From Aggregatilineales bacterium (GTDB lineage Bacteria; Chloroflexota; Anaerolineae; Aggregatilineales; Phototrophicaceae), in NCBI GenBank assembly GCA_029975765.1, contig JARKOK010000176.1, positions 1-58,577 on the forward strand: a DNA stretch of 58,577 bases. The letters run 5' to 3'. Positions within the stretch are counted from its first letter, which is position 1, and every line of letters begins with the position of its first letter. A model generated the notes under the pieces. It was not told where the DNA came from. It worked only from the letters and a program-made list of their open reading frames with translations, and made no database searches. A program made the translations under genes and the position numbers. This document shows, one piece after another, positions 28,807-38,334 of the stretch.

Positions 28807-29625
28807 ATGCCGAGCAAACGGTTACTGGTGATTGAAGACGATTACGACGTGGCCGAAATGCTGGTGATGTACTTTACATCCTACCAGTACGAGGTTTTCC
28901 ACGCCGATTCCGGGCTGGCCGGAGTCGAGATGGCACGCACGAAATATCCGCAGTTGATCCTGCTGGATGTGATGATGCCTGATATTGATGGTTACGAAAC
29001 CTGCCGCCGCGTCCGCCAGATGACGCTGACGAAGTACATTCCCATCATCTTCCTGACGCAGCGCGACGAACGAGCCAATAAGGTCAAAGGTCTTGAATTA
29101 GGCGCGGACGACTATATTACCAAGCCGTTTGATATTGACGAACTGCGCCTGCGTGTGCAGGGGGCTATCCGCCGCGCCACCCGCGAAAGCCTGCATGAAA
29201 CCCGCACCGGCCTGCCGACCGGCCCGCTGGTCGAAGAAGAAATTCAGCGCCGCCGGTATCTTGACCGCCATTACGTCAGCCTGCAATTCGGCCTGGAAGG
29301 GTATAAAACCTACTGTGATGTATATGGCTTTGTCGCTGGCAGCGAGGTGTTTGGTTATGCGGCGCGGGCGATGCAGCAGGTCGTCAGCGAATGCGGCACC
29401 CCCGACGATTTCATTGGTGTGATTGACGATCAGTTCGTCATCCTGACCGATGCGGACAAAGCGGCGCACATTGAACAGATGGTGACACGCGCTTTTACCG
29501 ATGGCGTGAAGGCCTTTTATTCTTATGCCGATGTGGAGCGCGGCGGGCTGCTGGTTGAAGCCGCCGGCAGCGGCGATCAGATCGTGCCGTTCATGGGATT
29601 GGTGTCGCTGCACGCGTCCGTCTGA
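28807..29625 (+). CDS. response regulator with degenerate GGDEF-like domain
   Basis: REC domain (IEDD, LLDVMMP, GADDYITKPF); C-terminal TGLP..Y.DVYGF.AG, GVIDDQF. Confidence 0.8.
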   Translation: MPSKRLLVIEDDYDVAEMLVMYFTSYQYEVFHADSGLAGVEMARTKYPQLILLDVMMPDIDGYETCRRVRQMTLTKYIPIIFLTQRDERANKVKGLELGADDYITKPFDIDELRLRVQGAIRRATRESLHETRTGLPTGPLVEEEIQRRRYLDRHYVSLQFGLEGYKTYCDVYGFVAGSEVFGYAARAMQQVVSECGTPDDFIGVIDDQFVILTDADKAAHIEQMVTRAFTDGVKAFYSYADVERGGLLVEAAGSGDQIVPFMGLVSLHASV

Positions 29626-29646
29626 GACTGCCCCCTGTCTGGTAGT

Positions 29647-29673
29647 GCGGGACATGGCAGCACCATGTCCCGC
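29647..29673. repeat. REP-like palindrome
   Basis: GCGGGACATGG-CAGCA-CCATGTCCCGC, with GTAG just upstream. Confidence 0.6.
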
Positions 29674-29732
29674 TAAGTTGTTGGCGCGGCCTCCGGTTTC
29701 TGCTATCGTAGAAGTGGAAAAAGGAGCAAGCG

Positions 29733-30536
29733 ATGTCCGTCCTCCGTAAGCCCCAACTGGTTTTTGAAGCTGCTGTTCGGCGTAAACGTTATATACGGCG
29801 CGGGCTGTGGTCGCTGCTGGCGGCGGTCGCGGCGCTGGCGGCGGTGCTGGCACTGGACTACAGCGCCGGACGCGCCGGACTGGACGCGCGGCTGCTGGTC
29901 GTTGGCACGGCTGCCGGGCTGGTGGCGCTGCTCTGGTTCGGGGTGCGGGCCGTGACGAATCTCTGGCGCGGTCTGCGCCGCCGGGATGAAGACCTGCGTT
30001 TTTTTGACAAAGGTTTTGTCTGGACACGCGGCAAGGAACAATATAAATACGGCTGGTCGCAGCTGGCGACGTATCGCGAAGGCGGTGGCGGTCTGTATCT
30101 GGGGCAGCGCCCGGTGGTGCAGTGGGGCGGTCATACGCTCAGGATGCTGGATGGCCGTGTCTTCCGCGTGACCGGCGCGCACGGCGATTTGCGTGCTTTC
30201 GCTCAGGCGACCCGTCGTTATGCCGCGCGCGTGACCGGGACGCGCATGGCTCAAACGCTGCGCGAGGAACAGCCGGTCCGGCTGCATCCCCGGCTCACGG
30301 TCTGGCCGGGCGGGGTCGAAGTCGGCAAAGTGGAAATTCCCTGGTCTGAGATCGAAGTGCGGCGGCGCAACAGCCGGTTGATTATTCTGCGGAAAACCGG
30401 AACCGGTAAATTTCGCCGGATTCGGCAGTATAATGTTAGTCGCGTGGATAATGTCGGCGGGTTGCTGGAAGTCGCCACTTCTACGATTCGGAATTATCAA
30501 CGGGAACGGTTTGAGAAACGACAGACGGCGAGTTGA
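29733..30536 (+). CDS. hypothetical membrane protein (2 TM plus PH-like beta domains)
   Basis: AAGGAG RBS, two TM helices, basic beta-rich C-terminus. Confidence 0.7.
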   Translation: MSVLRKPQLVFEAAVRRKRYIRRGLWSLLAAVAALAAVLALDYSAGRAGLDARLLVVGTAAGLVALLWFGVRAVTNLWRGLRRRDEDLRFFDKGFVWTRGKEQYKYGWSQLATYREGGGGLYLGQRPVVQWGGHTLRMLDGRVFRVTGAHGDLRAFAQATRRYAARVTGTRMAQTLREEQPVRLHPRLTVWPGGVEVGKVEIPWSEIEVRRRNSRLIILRKTGTGKFRRIRQYNVSRVDNVGGLLEVATSTIRNYQRERFEKRQTAS

Positions 30537-30550
30537 AGGATGGGTGTTGT

Positions 30551-30973
30551 ATGGTTATCAGCCGCCACCGCCTGCCGCGTTCCTATCGTCTGGGGCTGAC
30601 CGGTTTATGGTTAGCGCCGATTCTGCTGCTGTTTCTGGCGCTGCTGCTGGGCTGCGGTGTATCGTCCGCGCTGGCTGACCCACGCCTGCTGCTGCTGTTG
30701 GGCGTGATGGCCGTGCCGGCGTTATACGTCTGGCGCGAGGGCGTGGATGTCCTGTCCGGCGGCCTCATTACGCGCGTTCATTGGCCGCGTTATCATGCTT
30801 ATGAAACGCTGGATAACTGGTATTATGACGGGCGACCGGAGCGCCGCGTACTTACCGTCTGGGCGCAGGGGGGACAGAAAGTGCTGGAATGTCGCGCCGG
30901 GCAGCTTACGGACTGGCCGGCGCTGCTGGCGGCGCTGAAAACTAACCTCCGGTATCGGCATTGGCCCACTTAA
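30551..30973 (+). CDS. hypothetical membrane protein
   Basis: Two TM helices plus a small soluble domain; co-oriented with the previous gene. Confidence 0.65.
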   Translation: MVISRHRLPRSYRLGLTGLWLAPILLLFLALLLGCGVSSALADPRLLLLLGVMAVPALYVWREGVDVLSGGLITRVHWPRYHAYETLDNWYYDGRPERRVLTVWAQGGQKVLECRAGQLTDWPALLAALKTNLRYRHWPT

Positions 30974-31063
30974 GCGCATGAAATGAGGTACAATTGAACG
31001 TATGTGCGGACTGGCGGCTGCCAATCCGTACCGTCACGCCCACTGAACAAGGCGCGGAGATGT

Positions 31064-34000
31064 ATGACTGAACGCGAACAGCTTGAGCAGGCGATTGCTG
31101 CCCAGGAAGCCCTGCGGGGACTGCTGGGGGATGCTGTTGTGGATGCAACGATTGCCGTTCTGCGGGAAAAGCTGGTGTCGCTGGATGACAGCCACCCGGC
31201 AACGTTTGACCAGCGTAAGCTGGTAAGCATCCTGTTTGCGGATACGGTGTCCTCAACCCAGATGTTTGAGCACCTCGATCCTGAGGACGTGCTGGAAATT
31301 ATGGACGGCGCGCTGCGGGTGTATACCGAGGCCGTCGGTCGCTACGAGGGTAAGGTTGCGCGTTTGATGGGCGACGGTGTGCTGGCGTTTTTTGGCGCGC
31401 CGGTCAGCCGCGAGGATGATGCGCTGCGGGCGGTGCGGGCCGGTCTGGCGATTGTGCGCGGCGCCGAGGAATACGCCAAGCAGGTCGCCTCCCGCTGGCG
31501 TGTCAAGGGATTTCACGTGCGGGTCGGTATCAATACCGGCCTCGTCGCGCTGGGCGAAGTTGGCAGCGCCGCCGGGTCGGAATATACGGCGATGGGCGAC
31601 GCGATCAACCTTGCCAGCCGGATCGAACATGCTGCGCCCGTTGGCAGCCTGCTGATTTCTCACGATACCTACCGCCATGTGCGCGGCGCGTTTGAAGTTC
31701 GCGCGCTCGACCCGATTCAGGTTAAAGGTAAAAGTGAGCCGGTGCAGGTTTACGTCGTGGAGCGTGAGAAGCCGCACACGTTTGGTGTGGTGACACGCGG
31801 CCTCGAAGGCATCAAAACGCGCATGATCGGGCGCGAAGCCGAACTGCGCCAGCTTCAGGATGCGCTCAACTGGGCGATTGATGAAAGCGAAACGCAGGTT
31901 GTGACCATCCTGGGCGAGCCGGGGGTCGGCAAGTCGCGCCTGCTGCGCGAGTTTGATAACTGGCTGGAAACCCGGCAGGAAGACATCGTTCACTTCGCCG
32001 GGCGCGCGACGATGGAAATGCTGAACTGGCCGTATTCGCTGATCCGAAATGTGTTTGCGTTTCGCTTCGAGATTCAGGACAGTGACAGCGCCGCCCAGGT
32101 ACGCGAAAAAATGGAGCGCGGCGTGGCGGCCTTCATGGGGGAAGACAGCCGCCATAGGGCGCATTATATCGGCCAGATGATCGGCTTCGACTTTTCCGGT
32201 AGCCCGTATATTCAGGGTGAAGAGCCGGGGCAAATCGTCCAGCTTGGCCTGTATTACCTCACCGAATTCTTCGCGGCGGCGGCGGCGGCCTATCCAACCG
32301 TGTTATTCCTCGAAGATATTCACTGGGCAGATGATAAATCGCTCGATGTGGTCAATTACCTGGTGCGTTCCCGGCGCGATCTGCGCCTGCTGGTGGTGTG
32401 CCTGGCGCGCCCCACGCTGCTCGAACGCCGTCCGCTGGCATGGGACAAACGCCACGATTTCCATACACTGATCGAACTTGCGCCGCTTTCCAGAGATGAT
32501 ACGCGGGAACTGGTGGAAGAAATCCTGCGGCGGGTGGACACCCTGCCGGATAATCTCAGCGACATTATTGTTGACAGTTCCGATGGCAACCCGTTTTACG
32601 TCGAGGAACTGATCAAGATGCTGATGGACGACGGCGTGATTCTCGCGGGGCCGGACTTCTGGCGGGTGGATGCGTCGCGGCTGACCGACATGCGGATTCC
32701 GCCGACGCTGACCGGCGTGCTGCAAGCCCGCCTCGACGCGCTGCCGCCGGAAGAACGGCTGGTATTGCAGCGCGCTTCGGTGGTCGGGCGTATCTTCTGG
32801 GATCGCGCGATCACCAGCCTGCGCGCCGAAGGCGACGAGCCGCTAGAGGATGTCAGCCCGCTGCTGGCGTCACTCCGTAAGCGCGAACTGATCCGCGCGC
32901 GCGAGAAATCCGCTTTTGCCGGGACGGAAGAATACATCTTCAAACATGCCATTCTGCGGGACGTGACCTACGAAAGCGTGCTGCGCCGGCTGCGGCGGGT
33001 GTACCACGCTCAGGTGGCGGCCTGGCTGGTAGAACGCAGCGGTGACCGCATCGGTGAATATACCGGTTTGATCGCCGAGCATTACGAGCGGTCAGGCGAG
33101 ACGCGCAAAGCGGTCACGTATCTCAACCGCGCGGCGGAGCAGGCGCTCAATATCAGCGCCTACCGGGAAGCTATCGGCCTGCTGGAACGCGCCCTGTCGC
33201 TGGTGGTGGAGGATACCTACCAGGAGGAAATGCAGGCGCAGGAAGCCATGCTCAAATGGCAGTTGGGGCAGGCATATCGCGGCCTGAGCGCGTATGCCAG
33301 AGCGAAAGAATTGTATGAAGACAGCCTGAAACTGTTCACCGCCGCGCAGGATGACGAAGGGGTGGTCAAGGCGCTGTACGAACTCGGCTGGCTGGTCGGG
33401 TACATTATGCGCGACCACGAGCAGGGCGAACGCTATTTTCAGGAGTCGCTGCGGATCGCGCGCAGCATCAGTGACAAACGCGGCACGGCCTGGGCGCTTA
33501 ACGGTCTGGGGGTGCTGGCACACTGGCGGCAGCGCCATGCTGAGGCGATTGAGTATTATGAGGAAAGTTTGCAGTTGGCCCGCGAGATCGGCGACCAGAC
33601 ACGTATCGCCGGGGCGCTCAACAATCTGGGGCTGGTCAAAAAAGAGCTGGGTGAATATGAAGAAGCGCGCCGCCGGCTGGAAGAAAGCCTGCAAATCTTT
33701 CGCGCCATCGGCAACCGCGCGGGCATTACCAGCCCGCTGACGAACCTGGGTGATCTGTTTGGCAAGCTGGGGCAGCATGATAAAGCCCGTGAGTACTATC
33801 TCGAAGCTCTAACGATACACAAGGAGATCGGCAACCGCGCGGGCATTGCCGGAACGCTGTCCGGTCTGGGCAGCCTGGCGCGGCTCCAAGGGGAATATGA
33901 AGAAGCCCGACAGCGGTTCGTTGAATCGCTGATGATCAGCAAGGAAATAGACTACCGTACCGGCATCGCCATGAGCCTCGAAGACCTGGCGCTGGTAGCG

Positions 34001-34702
34001 CGGTATCAGGGCAATTATACCGAGGCTAAACAGCGCCTTCAGGAAATCCTGCTCATCGCGCGCGGTATGGGCGACCGGCGTGAGATTGCCGACGCGCTGC
34101 TCAATCTGGGGGCGGTGGAACGCGCGCAGGGCAATTACACCGAGGCGCGGCTGTACCTCCAGGACAGCCTGACGATGAACGAGGAACTGGGCAACCGGAA
34201 GGGTGTAGCTTCGGCGCTGGATTATCTGGGCGATGTGGCGTTTGCCTTGCAGGATTACGAAGAAGCCTGGCGCTGCTACGAAACGAGCCTGGCGATCTAC
34301 AAAGCCTTTGAAGACCGCGATGGTATGGTCGTCGCCCTCAGCGGTCTGGGCGATGTGGCGGTAGCGGTCGGGGATTACGAAGTGGCGCGCGAATACTTTT
34401 ACGAGGCGTTCACCACCGCTTCTACCGTGCGCGACACGCCGCTGACCCTGTGGGTGCTGACGGGCATCGCCGCGCTGCTGGCAAAAACCGGCGAGCAGGA
34501 ACGCGCCGTCGAAATGTTAGGGCTGGTGCTTGACCACTGCGCCACGCCGCAGGAAGCCCGCGACCGGGCGCAGGCAGTGCTGTCCACACTCGAAATGCCG
34601 GAATACGCGCTCGATCAGGCGCTGGCGCGGGGTAAGTCGCTGGATGGCCCGGAAACGACGCGCCAGTTGTTCCGTATGGCGGAAAACAAGTGGCTGATGT
34701 GA
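31064..34702 (+). CDS. class III nucleotidyl cyclase - STAND/AAA ATPase - TPR protein
   Basis: LFAD, MGDG, YTAMGDAINLASR; Walker A GEPGVGKS; LEDIHWAD; GNPFYVEE; many TPRs. Confidence 0.92.
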   Translation: MTEREQLEQAIAAQEALRGLLGDAVVDATIAVLREKLVSLDDSHPATFDQRKLVSILFADTVSSTQMFEHLDPEDVLEIMDGALRVYTEAVGRYEGKVARLMGDGVLAFFGAPVSREDDALRAVRAGLAIVRGAEEYAKQVASRWRVKGFHVRVGINTGLVALGEVGSAAGSEYTAMGDAINLASRIEHAAPVGSLLISHDTYRHVRGAFEVRALDPIQVKGKSEPVQVYVVEREKPHTFGVVTRGLEGIKTRMIGREAELRQLQDALNWAIDESETQVVTILGEPGVGKSRLLREFDNWLETRQEDIVHFAGRATMEMLNWPYSLIRNVFAFRFEIQDSDSAAQVREKMERGVAAFMGEDSRHRAHYIGQMIGFDFSGSPYIQGEEPGQIVQLGLYYLTEFFAAAAAAYPTVLFLEDIHWADDKSLDVVNYLVRSRRDLRLLVVCLARPTLLERRPLAWDKRHDFHTLIELAPLSRDDTRELVEEILRRVDTLPDNLSDIIVDSSDGNPFYVEELIKMLMDDGVILAGPDFWRVDASRLTDMRIPPTLTGVLQARLDALPPEERLVLQRASVVGRIFWDRAITSLRAEGDEPLEDVSPLLASLRKRELIRAREKSAFAGTEEYIFKHAILRDVTYESVLRRLRRVYHAQVAAWLVERSGDRIGEYTGLIAEHYERSGETRKAVTYLNRAAEQALNISAYREAIGLLERALSLVVEDTYQEEMQAQEAMLKWQLGQAYRGLSAYARAKELYEDSLKLFTAAQDDEGVVKALYELGWLVGYIMRDHEQGERYFQESLRIARSISDKRGTAWALNGLGVLAHWRQRHAEAIEYYEESLQLAREIGDQTRIAGALNNLGLVKKELGEYEEARRRLEESLQIFRAIGNRAGITSPLTNLGDLFGKLGQHDKAREYYLEALTIHKEIGNRAGIAGTLSGLGSLARLQGEYEEARQRFVESLMISKEIDYRTGIAMSLEDLALVARYQGNYTEAKQRLQEILLIARGMGDRREIADALLNLGAVERAQGNYTEARLYLQDSLTMNEELGNRKGVASALDYLGDVAFALQDYEEAWRCYETSLAIYKAFEDRDGMVVALSGLGDVAVAVGDYEVAREYFYEAFTTASTVRDTPLTLWVLTGIAALLAKTGEQERAVEMLGLVLDHCATPQEARDRAQAVLSTLEMPEYALDQALARGKSLDGPETTRQLFRMAENKWLM

Positions 34703-34724
34703 GGCAGGGTCGTAGTTGAATAGC

Positions 34725-34753
34725 GTAGGGGTGAACCGGCGGTTCACCCCTAC
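34725..34753. repeat. REP-like palindrome
   Basis: GTAGGGGTGAACCGGCGGTTCACCCCTAC, perfect inverted arms. Confidence 0.75.
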
Positions 34754-34786
34754 CACATATTTGAGAATTCGAGAGGCCGGGGGCGC

Positions 34787-36034
34787 TTACCGGATTTCCG
34801 GGCGCAGCACTTCGGCCAGAATCGGTTCATAAACGCGCTGCATCACAAATACCGACAGCACGCGGTCGAGGAAGGCCACGTTTTCATTATCTGCCGGGAA
34901 CGTCATTTCCGCCGTCGCGATAAAATGCCCGCGCTGCATGAACGTCATCGCCCGAATCATTTCCCGGTCACACAGCGTTTCGGTCGAAGTGAATAACGGA
35001 TAAGGCAGATTCTCCGATGCCTGAGTCGCAGTGAAGCCAGCCTGTAACGGGAACTGTGCCATATACTCGTCGGCCAGCGCAGCGGCGGCGTCCTGCGGCG
35101 TGGCGAATGAATCCAGTGTGTAGCGCAGATAGCCAAACACGATGCTTTCCATGTCGCAGGCCACGTTTGTCACGGTATTGGAGATGCGATATTCGTGGTT
35201 GTGGCGTTCCAGGAAATCGCCGTAGGCTTCACGCGCGGCTTCCGGCGCGGCAGCCACGAGGTCGGAGGTGGTCTGCGTGACCGTTTCCTGGGTCAGCAGT
35301 TCACTTACGTCTGATGTGATGGTTTCGGCCATACCGTTGAAAGCGGCGGCGACTTCCTCCTGCGTGGCGGAGGCCGCATCTGCATGGGTACTCTGTACGG
35401 TGGCCGGGTCGCTGATAATCAGGACGGTTTTCAGCGTGGTGCCGGGATCGGTGGCGGTGGCCGGGTCGCGCAGTTTGATGGCCGAAACGGTATCCGTGCC
35501 CTCCAGCACTTCCCCAAAAATGGTGTGCTGGTAATCGAGATGGGGCGTGGGTACGGTCGTGATGAAAAACTGGCTGCCGTTGGTGCCGGCGCCCGCGTTT
35601 GCCATTGCCAGCCAGCCAGGCACGTCAAAGGTCAGGAAGCCCACCGGCTCATCCTCGAACTGATAACCCGGTCCGCCCGATCCTGTGCCTGTCGGGTCGC
35701 CGCCCTGGGCCATAAAATCCTGAATTACGCGGTGGAACGTGGTGTTGTTATAGAAACCCTGCTGCGCCAGGAACACGAAACTGTTGACCGTGATCGGCGT
35801 CAGGGTCTCAAATAAATCAATGTATATCGCCCCGACATCGGTGCATAGAATGGCGCGATAGTCCACGCCGGGTTCCAGCACGTTATCCGGCTGCTCGAAG
35901 GTGCGCGAGGCCGGGTCGGGTGGTGTGCCAGCCGCCTCACACAACTGCGTCGGCGTCTGTGCTTCCTGCGCGGCTGCCGTTCCCAGGCTGGTGACGAGTG
36001 CCAGCGCCAGCACGAGCCATAATACTTTTTTCAT
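34787..36034 (-). CDS. secreted cyclophilin-type peptidylprolyl isomerase with C-terminal extension
   Basis: FHRVIQDFMAQGGDPTGTGSGGPGY, LAMANAG..TNGSQFFIT; signal peptide. Confidence 0.92.
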   Translation of the reverse strand: MKKVLWLVLALALVTSLGTAAAQEAQTPTQLCEAAGTPPDPASRTFEQPDNVLEPGVDYRAILCTDVGAIYIDLFETLTPITVNSFVFLAQQGFYNNTTFHRVIQDFMAQGGDPTGTGSGGPGYQFEDEPVGFLTFDVPGWLAMANAGAGTNGSQFFITTVPTPHLDYQHTIFGEVLEGTDTVSAIKLRDPATATDPGTTLKTVLIISDPATVQSTHADAASATQEEVAAAFNGMAETITSDVSELLTQETVTQTTSDLVAAAPEAAREAYGDFLERHNHEYRISNTVTNVACDMESIVFGYLRYTLDSFATPQDAAAALADEYMAQFPLQAGFTATQASENLPYPLFTSTETLCDREMIRAMTFMQRGHFIATAEMTFPADNENVAFLDRVLSVFVMQRVYEPILAEVLRPEIR

Positions 36035-36169
36035 CGGATATGCTCCTTGTAGCCAATACTGGGGGTATTGTAAACCGTCGGGATAAGTATTGGCTAAGAA
36101 AGGAAGATGGCAGCCCGGAAAACGACCGCCGGCCTGCCGCCTGGTGCGAACGCAACTTGTTGATGAAGG

Positions 36170-36433
36170 TTATAGACTGCGTAAACGGGCGATCAGGCGC
36201 TGGATAACGCTTTTGTCGGTGGTGGAAACGCGGTGCTTCTGGGATAGTTCGCGCAGCCGGGTAATTTCGCCAAACAGCGCCAGCCGGTGCACCGTTTCGC
36301 CGTTCACCTGATACCAGTCATCAAACAGATGCACGACATGGGGTTCGCGGTGATGCACCATCTGGTAGGCGCGCCGGTAGGCGTCCAGCACCTGCTTGGG
36401 TTTCACAGTGGCATCGCTAACTGTGTACGTCAT
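36170..36433 (-). CDS. small hypothetical protein
   Basis: 87-aa ORF filling the gap between co-oriented genes, plausible RBS. Confidence 0.6.
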   Translation of the reverse strand: MTYTVSDATVKPKQVLDAYRRAYQMVHHREPHVVHLFDDWYQVNGETVHRLALFGEITRLRELSQKHRVSTTDKSVIQRLIARLRSL

Positions 36434-36735
36434 TGACCTGTCCCTGGACTTCCCCTAAATAAAAAACACTCCCGGTTATCGCCTGGTCGTATCCATAATG
36501 ACTTTACAGCTTTATACCATTCACACCTTGCAGGGAACTTGAATAGCGAAATTTCTACGCCTGTCCATCGTTCACCTGACGAGTACCCTTCGCTCATTCC
36601 CGTACCGGCGGCAAACCTTTATAATAAATACTGTCACAATGTATCGTGCAGTGGGTAACGGGATGAGCCACAGAACGCTCTGATAACATGATAGGCTCAA
36701 CCCAGTAACCTTTAAATGAGACAAAGGTGGGAAAA

Positions 36736-38148
36736 ATGGGACGAAAACTCGTATCCATTGTGGTAGTTCTGGTGCTGCTGGGTGTTGGCTTGCTGTCTCC
36801 AGCCGCCGCGCAGGGTGTGACCTGGAAAGGCGAGTATTACAACAACTCGTTCCTGCTGGATCAGGCACAGCTTGTTCGGCAGGATGGTGCGATTGCCTTT
36901 GACTGGGGCACCGGTTCGCCGGCGCCGGGTGTAAACGCGGATGGTTTCACCGTCCGCTGGTCGGCTGATCCGTACTTCCCGGCAGGGACATATCGCTTCT
37001 GGGCGCTGGCTGATGACGAAATCCGTGTCAATGTAGGGTACGCTTTCCAGCCGCAGATCAACACCTTCGGCAGTCCCAAGATTGGGCAAATCCTGTCCGC
37101 CGATGTGACCCTGACGGAAGGCGTCCATCACATTCAGGTGGACTACCGCGAAGCCAACGGCAACGCTTACGCCTTCGTGACATGGGCCAATCTGGCGACC
37201 AACCCGACCGGGCCGAACTTTCCGCAGCCGCAGACCTCTGCCGGTGTGAGCACCGGCCCCTGGACAGCGCAGTATTTTGCTAATCCGACGCTGTCTGGCA
37301 CGCCGGTGCTGATCCAGAGCGAGGCCAGCCCGACGCATAACTGGGGCGAAGGATCGCCGCTGTCGAGCATCCCGGCGGATAACTTCAGCGCCCGGTGGAC
37401 GAGCGTGCAAACGCTGGATGCTGGCACGTATCAGATTTCGGTGAAAGTGGATGATGGTGTGCGGGTGTTTGTCAATGGCGTGGCGCTCATCAACCAGTGG
37501 GGGCCGGCGAATGCCGCCGTCTACAACGCGACGGTGACGCTGCCTGCCGGCCAGCACAATTTCATGGTTGAGTATTTCGAGGGCACCGGTAACGCCCTGA
37601 TCGAGTTTAACCTGACGCGGCAGGGGCAGACGGTGGTGGTTAATCCCCCCGCGCCGCCGGTCAACGCGGTTACGACCGGCGTGGTTACGGCGGGGCGGCT
37701 GAACGTGCGCGCCGCGCCGGATGCCAGCGCCACGATTTTGCTGAAGATCAACCAGAACGCGGTTTATCCGGTGATCGCGGCCAATGCCGACCGGAGCTGG
37801 TATCAGATCAACGTGAATGGCACGCTGGGCTGGGTGTTCGCCCGGTACTTTAACGTGAGCAACGCGCAGGCGGTGCCCACGACCGGTACGGGCACGGTCA
37901 CACAGCCGCCGGCGAATACCGGCTACAGCGTGGTGACGGCAGTTACGCTCAACGTTCGCGGCACGCCCAGCACCACCGGCGCGATTCTGACGAAGATGAC
38001 ACCCGGCAGTACGGCGGCGGTCGTGGGCCGGACGGCGAATTCCGCCTGGTGGCAGGTGACGTATCAGGGAGTAACGGGCTGGGTCAGCGCGCGTTTTGCC
38101 AGCCTGCAAACGGGCGCGGATATAAGCCGGATTCCGGTCACCGGCTGA
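36736..38148 (+). CDS. secreted 2x PA14-like + 2x SH3b protein
   Basis: W.GEYYNN, FDWG.GSP, F..RW, DDGVRV.V; LNVR..P..GWV.A repeats. Confidence 0.85.
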   Translation: MGRKLVSIVVVLVLLGVGLLSPAAAQGVTWKGEYYNNSFLLDQAQLVRQDGAIAFDWGTGSPAPGVNADGFTVRWSADPYFPAGTYRFWALADDEIRVNVGYAFQPQINTFGSPKIGQILSADVTLTEGVHHIQVDYREANGNAYAFVTWANLATNPTGPNFPQPQTSAGVSTGPWTAQYFANPTLSGTPVLIQSEASPTHNWGEGSPLSSIPADNFSARWTSVQTLDAGTYQISVKVDDGVRVFVNGVALINQWGPANAAVYNATVTLPAGQHNFMVEYFEGTGNALIEFNLTRQGQTVVVNPPAPPVNAVTTGVVTAGRLNVRAAPDASATILLKINQNAVYPVIAANADRSWYQINVNGTLGWVFARYFNVSNAQAVPTTGTGTVTQPPANTGYSVVTAVTLNVRGTPSTTGAILTKMTPGSTAAVVGRTANSAWWQVTYQGVTGWVSARFASLQTGADISRIPVTG

Positions 38149-38176
38149 TTTCAGCCGGCACATTCAACGGTCACTT

Positions 38177-38205
38177 GTAGCGGGGCACAGCGGGGCTGTG
38201 CTCCG
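38177..38205. repeat. REP-like palindrome
   Basis: GTAGCGGGGCACAGCGGGGCTGTGCTCCG. Confidence 0.55.
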
Positions 38206-38334
38206 TTTGTTTCCCCGTGAGAATCTTCTAACCGCCGCGCCGGATAGCCGTGCAGCTTGCGCCCATAAACCAGGCACGCTTTCGTATAAAGTGAAATAAA
38301 GGGTGGCGCGAACTGACGCGCAGAGGGCACATCC

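Noticed and set aside
36600-36712. c-di-GMP or c-di-AMP riboswitch before the PA14-SH3 gene
   Set aside because: GGCAAACC and a TGAGCC/GGCTCA stem are present but the remaining conserved motifs are missing; at most a leader hairpin
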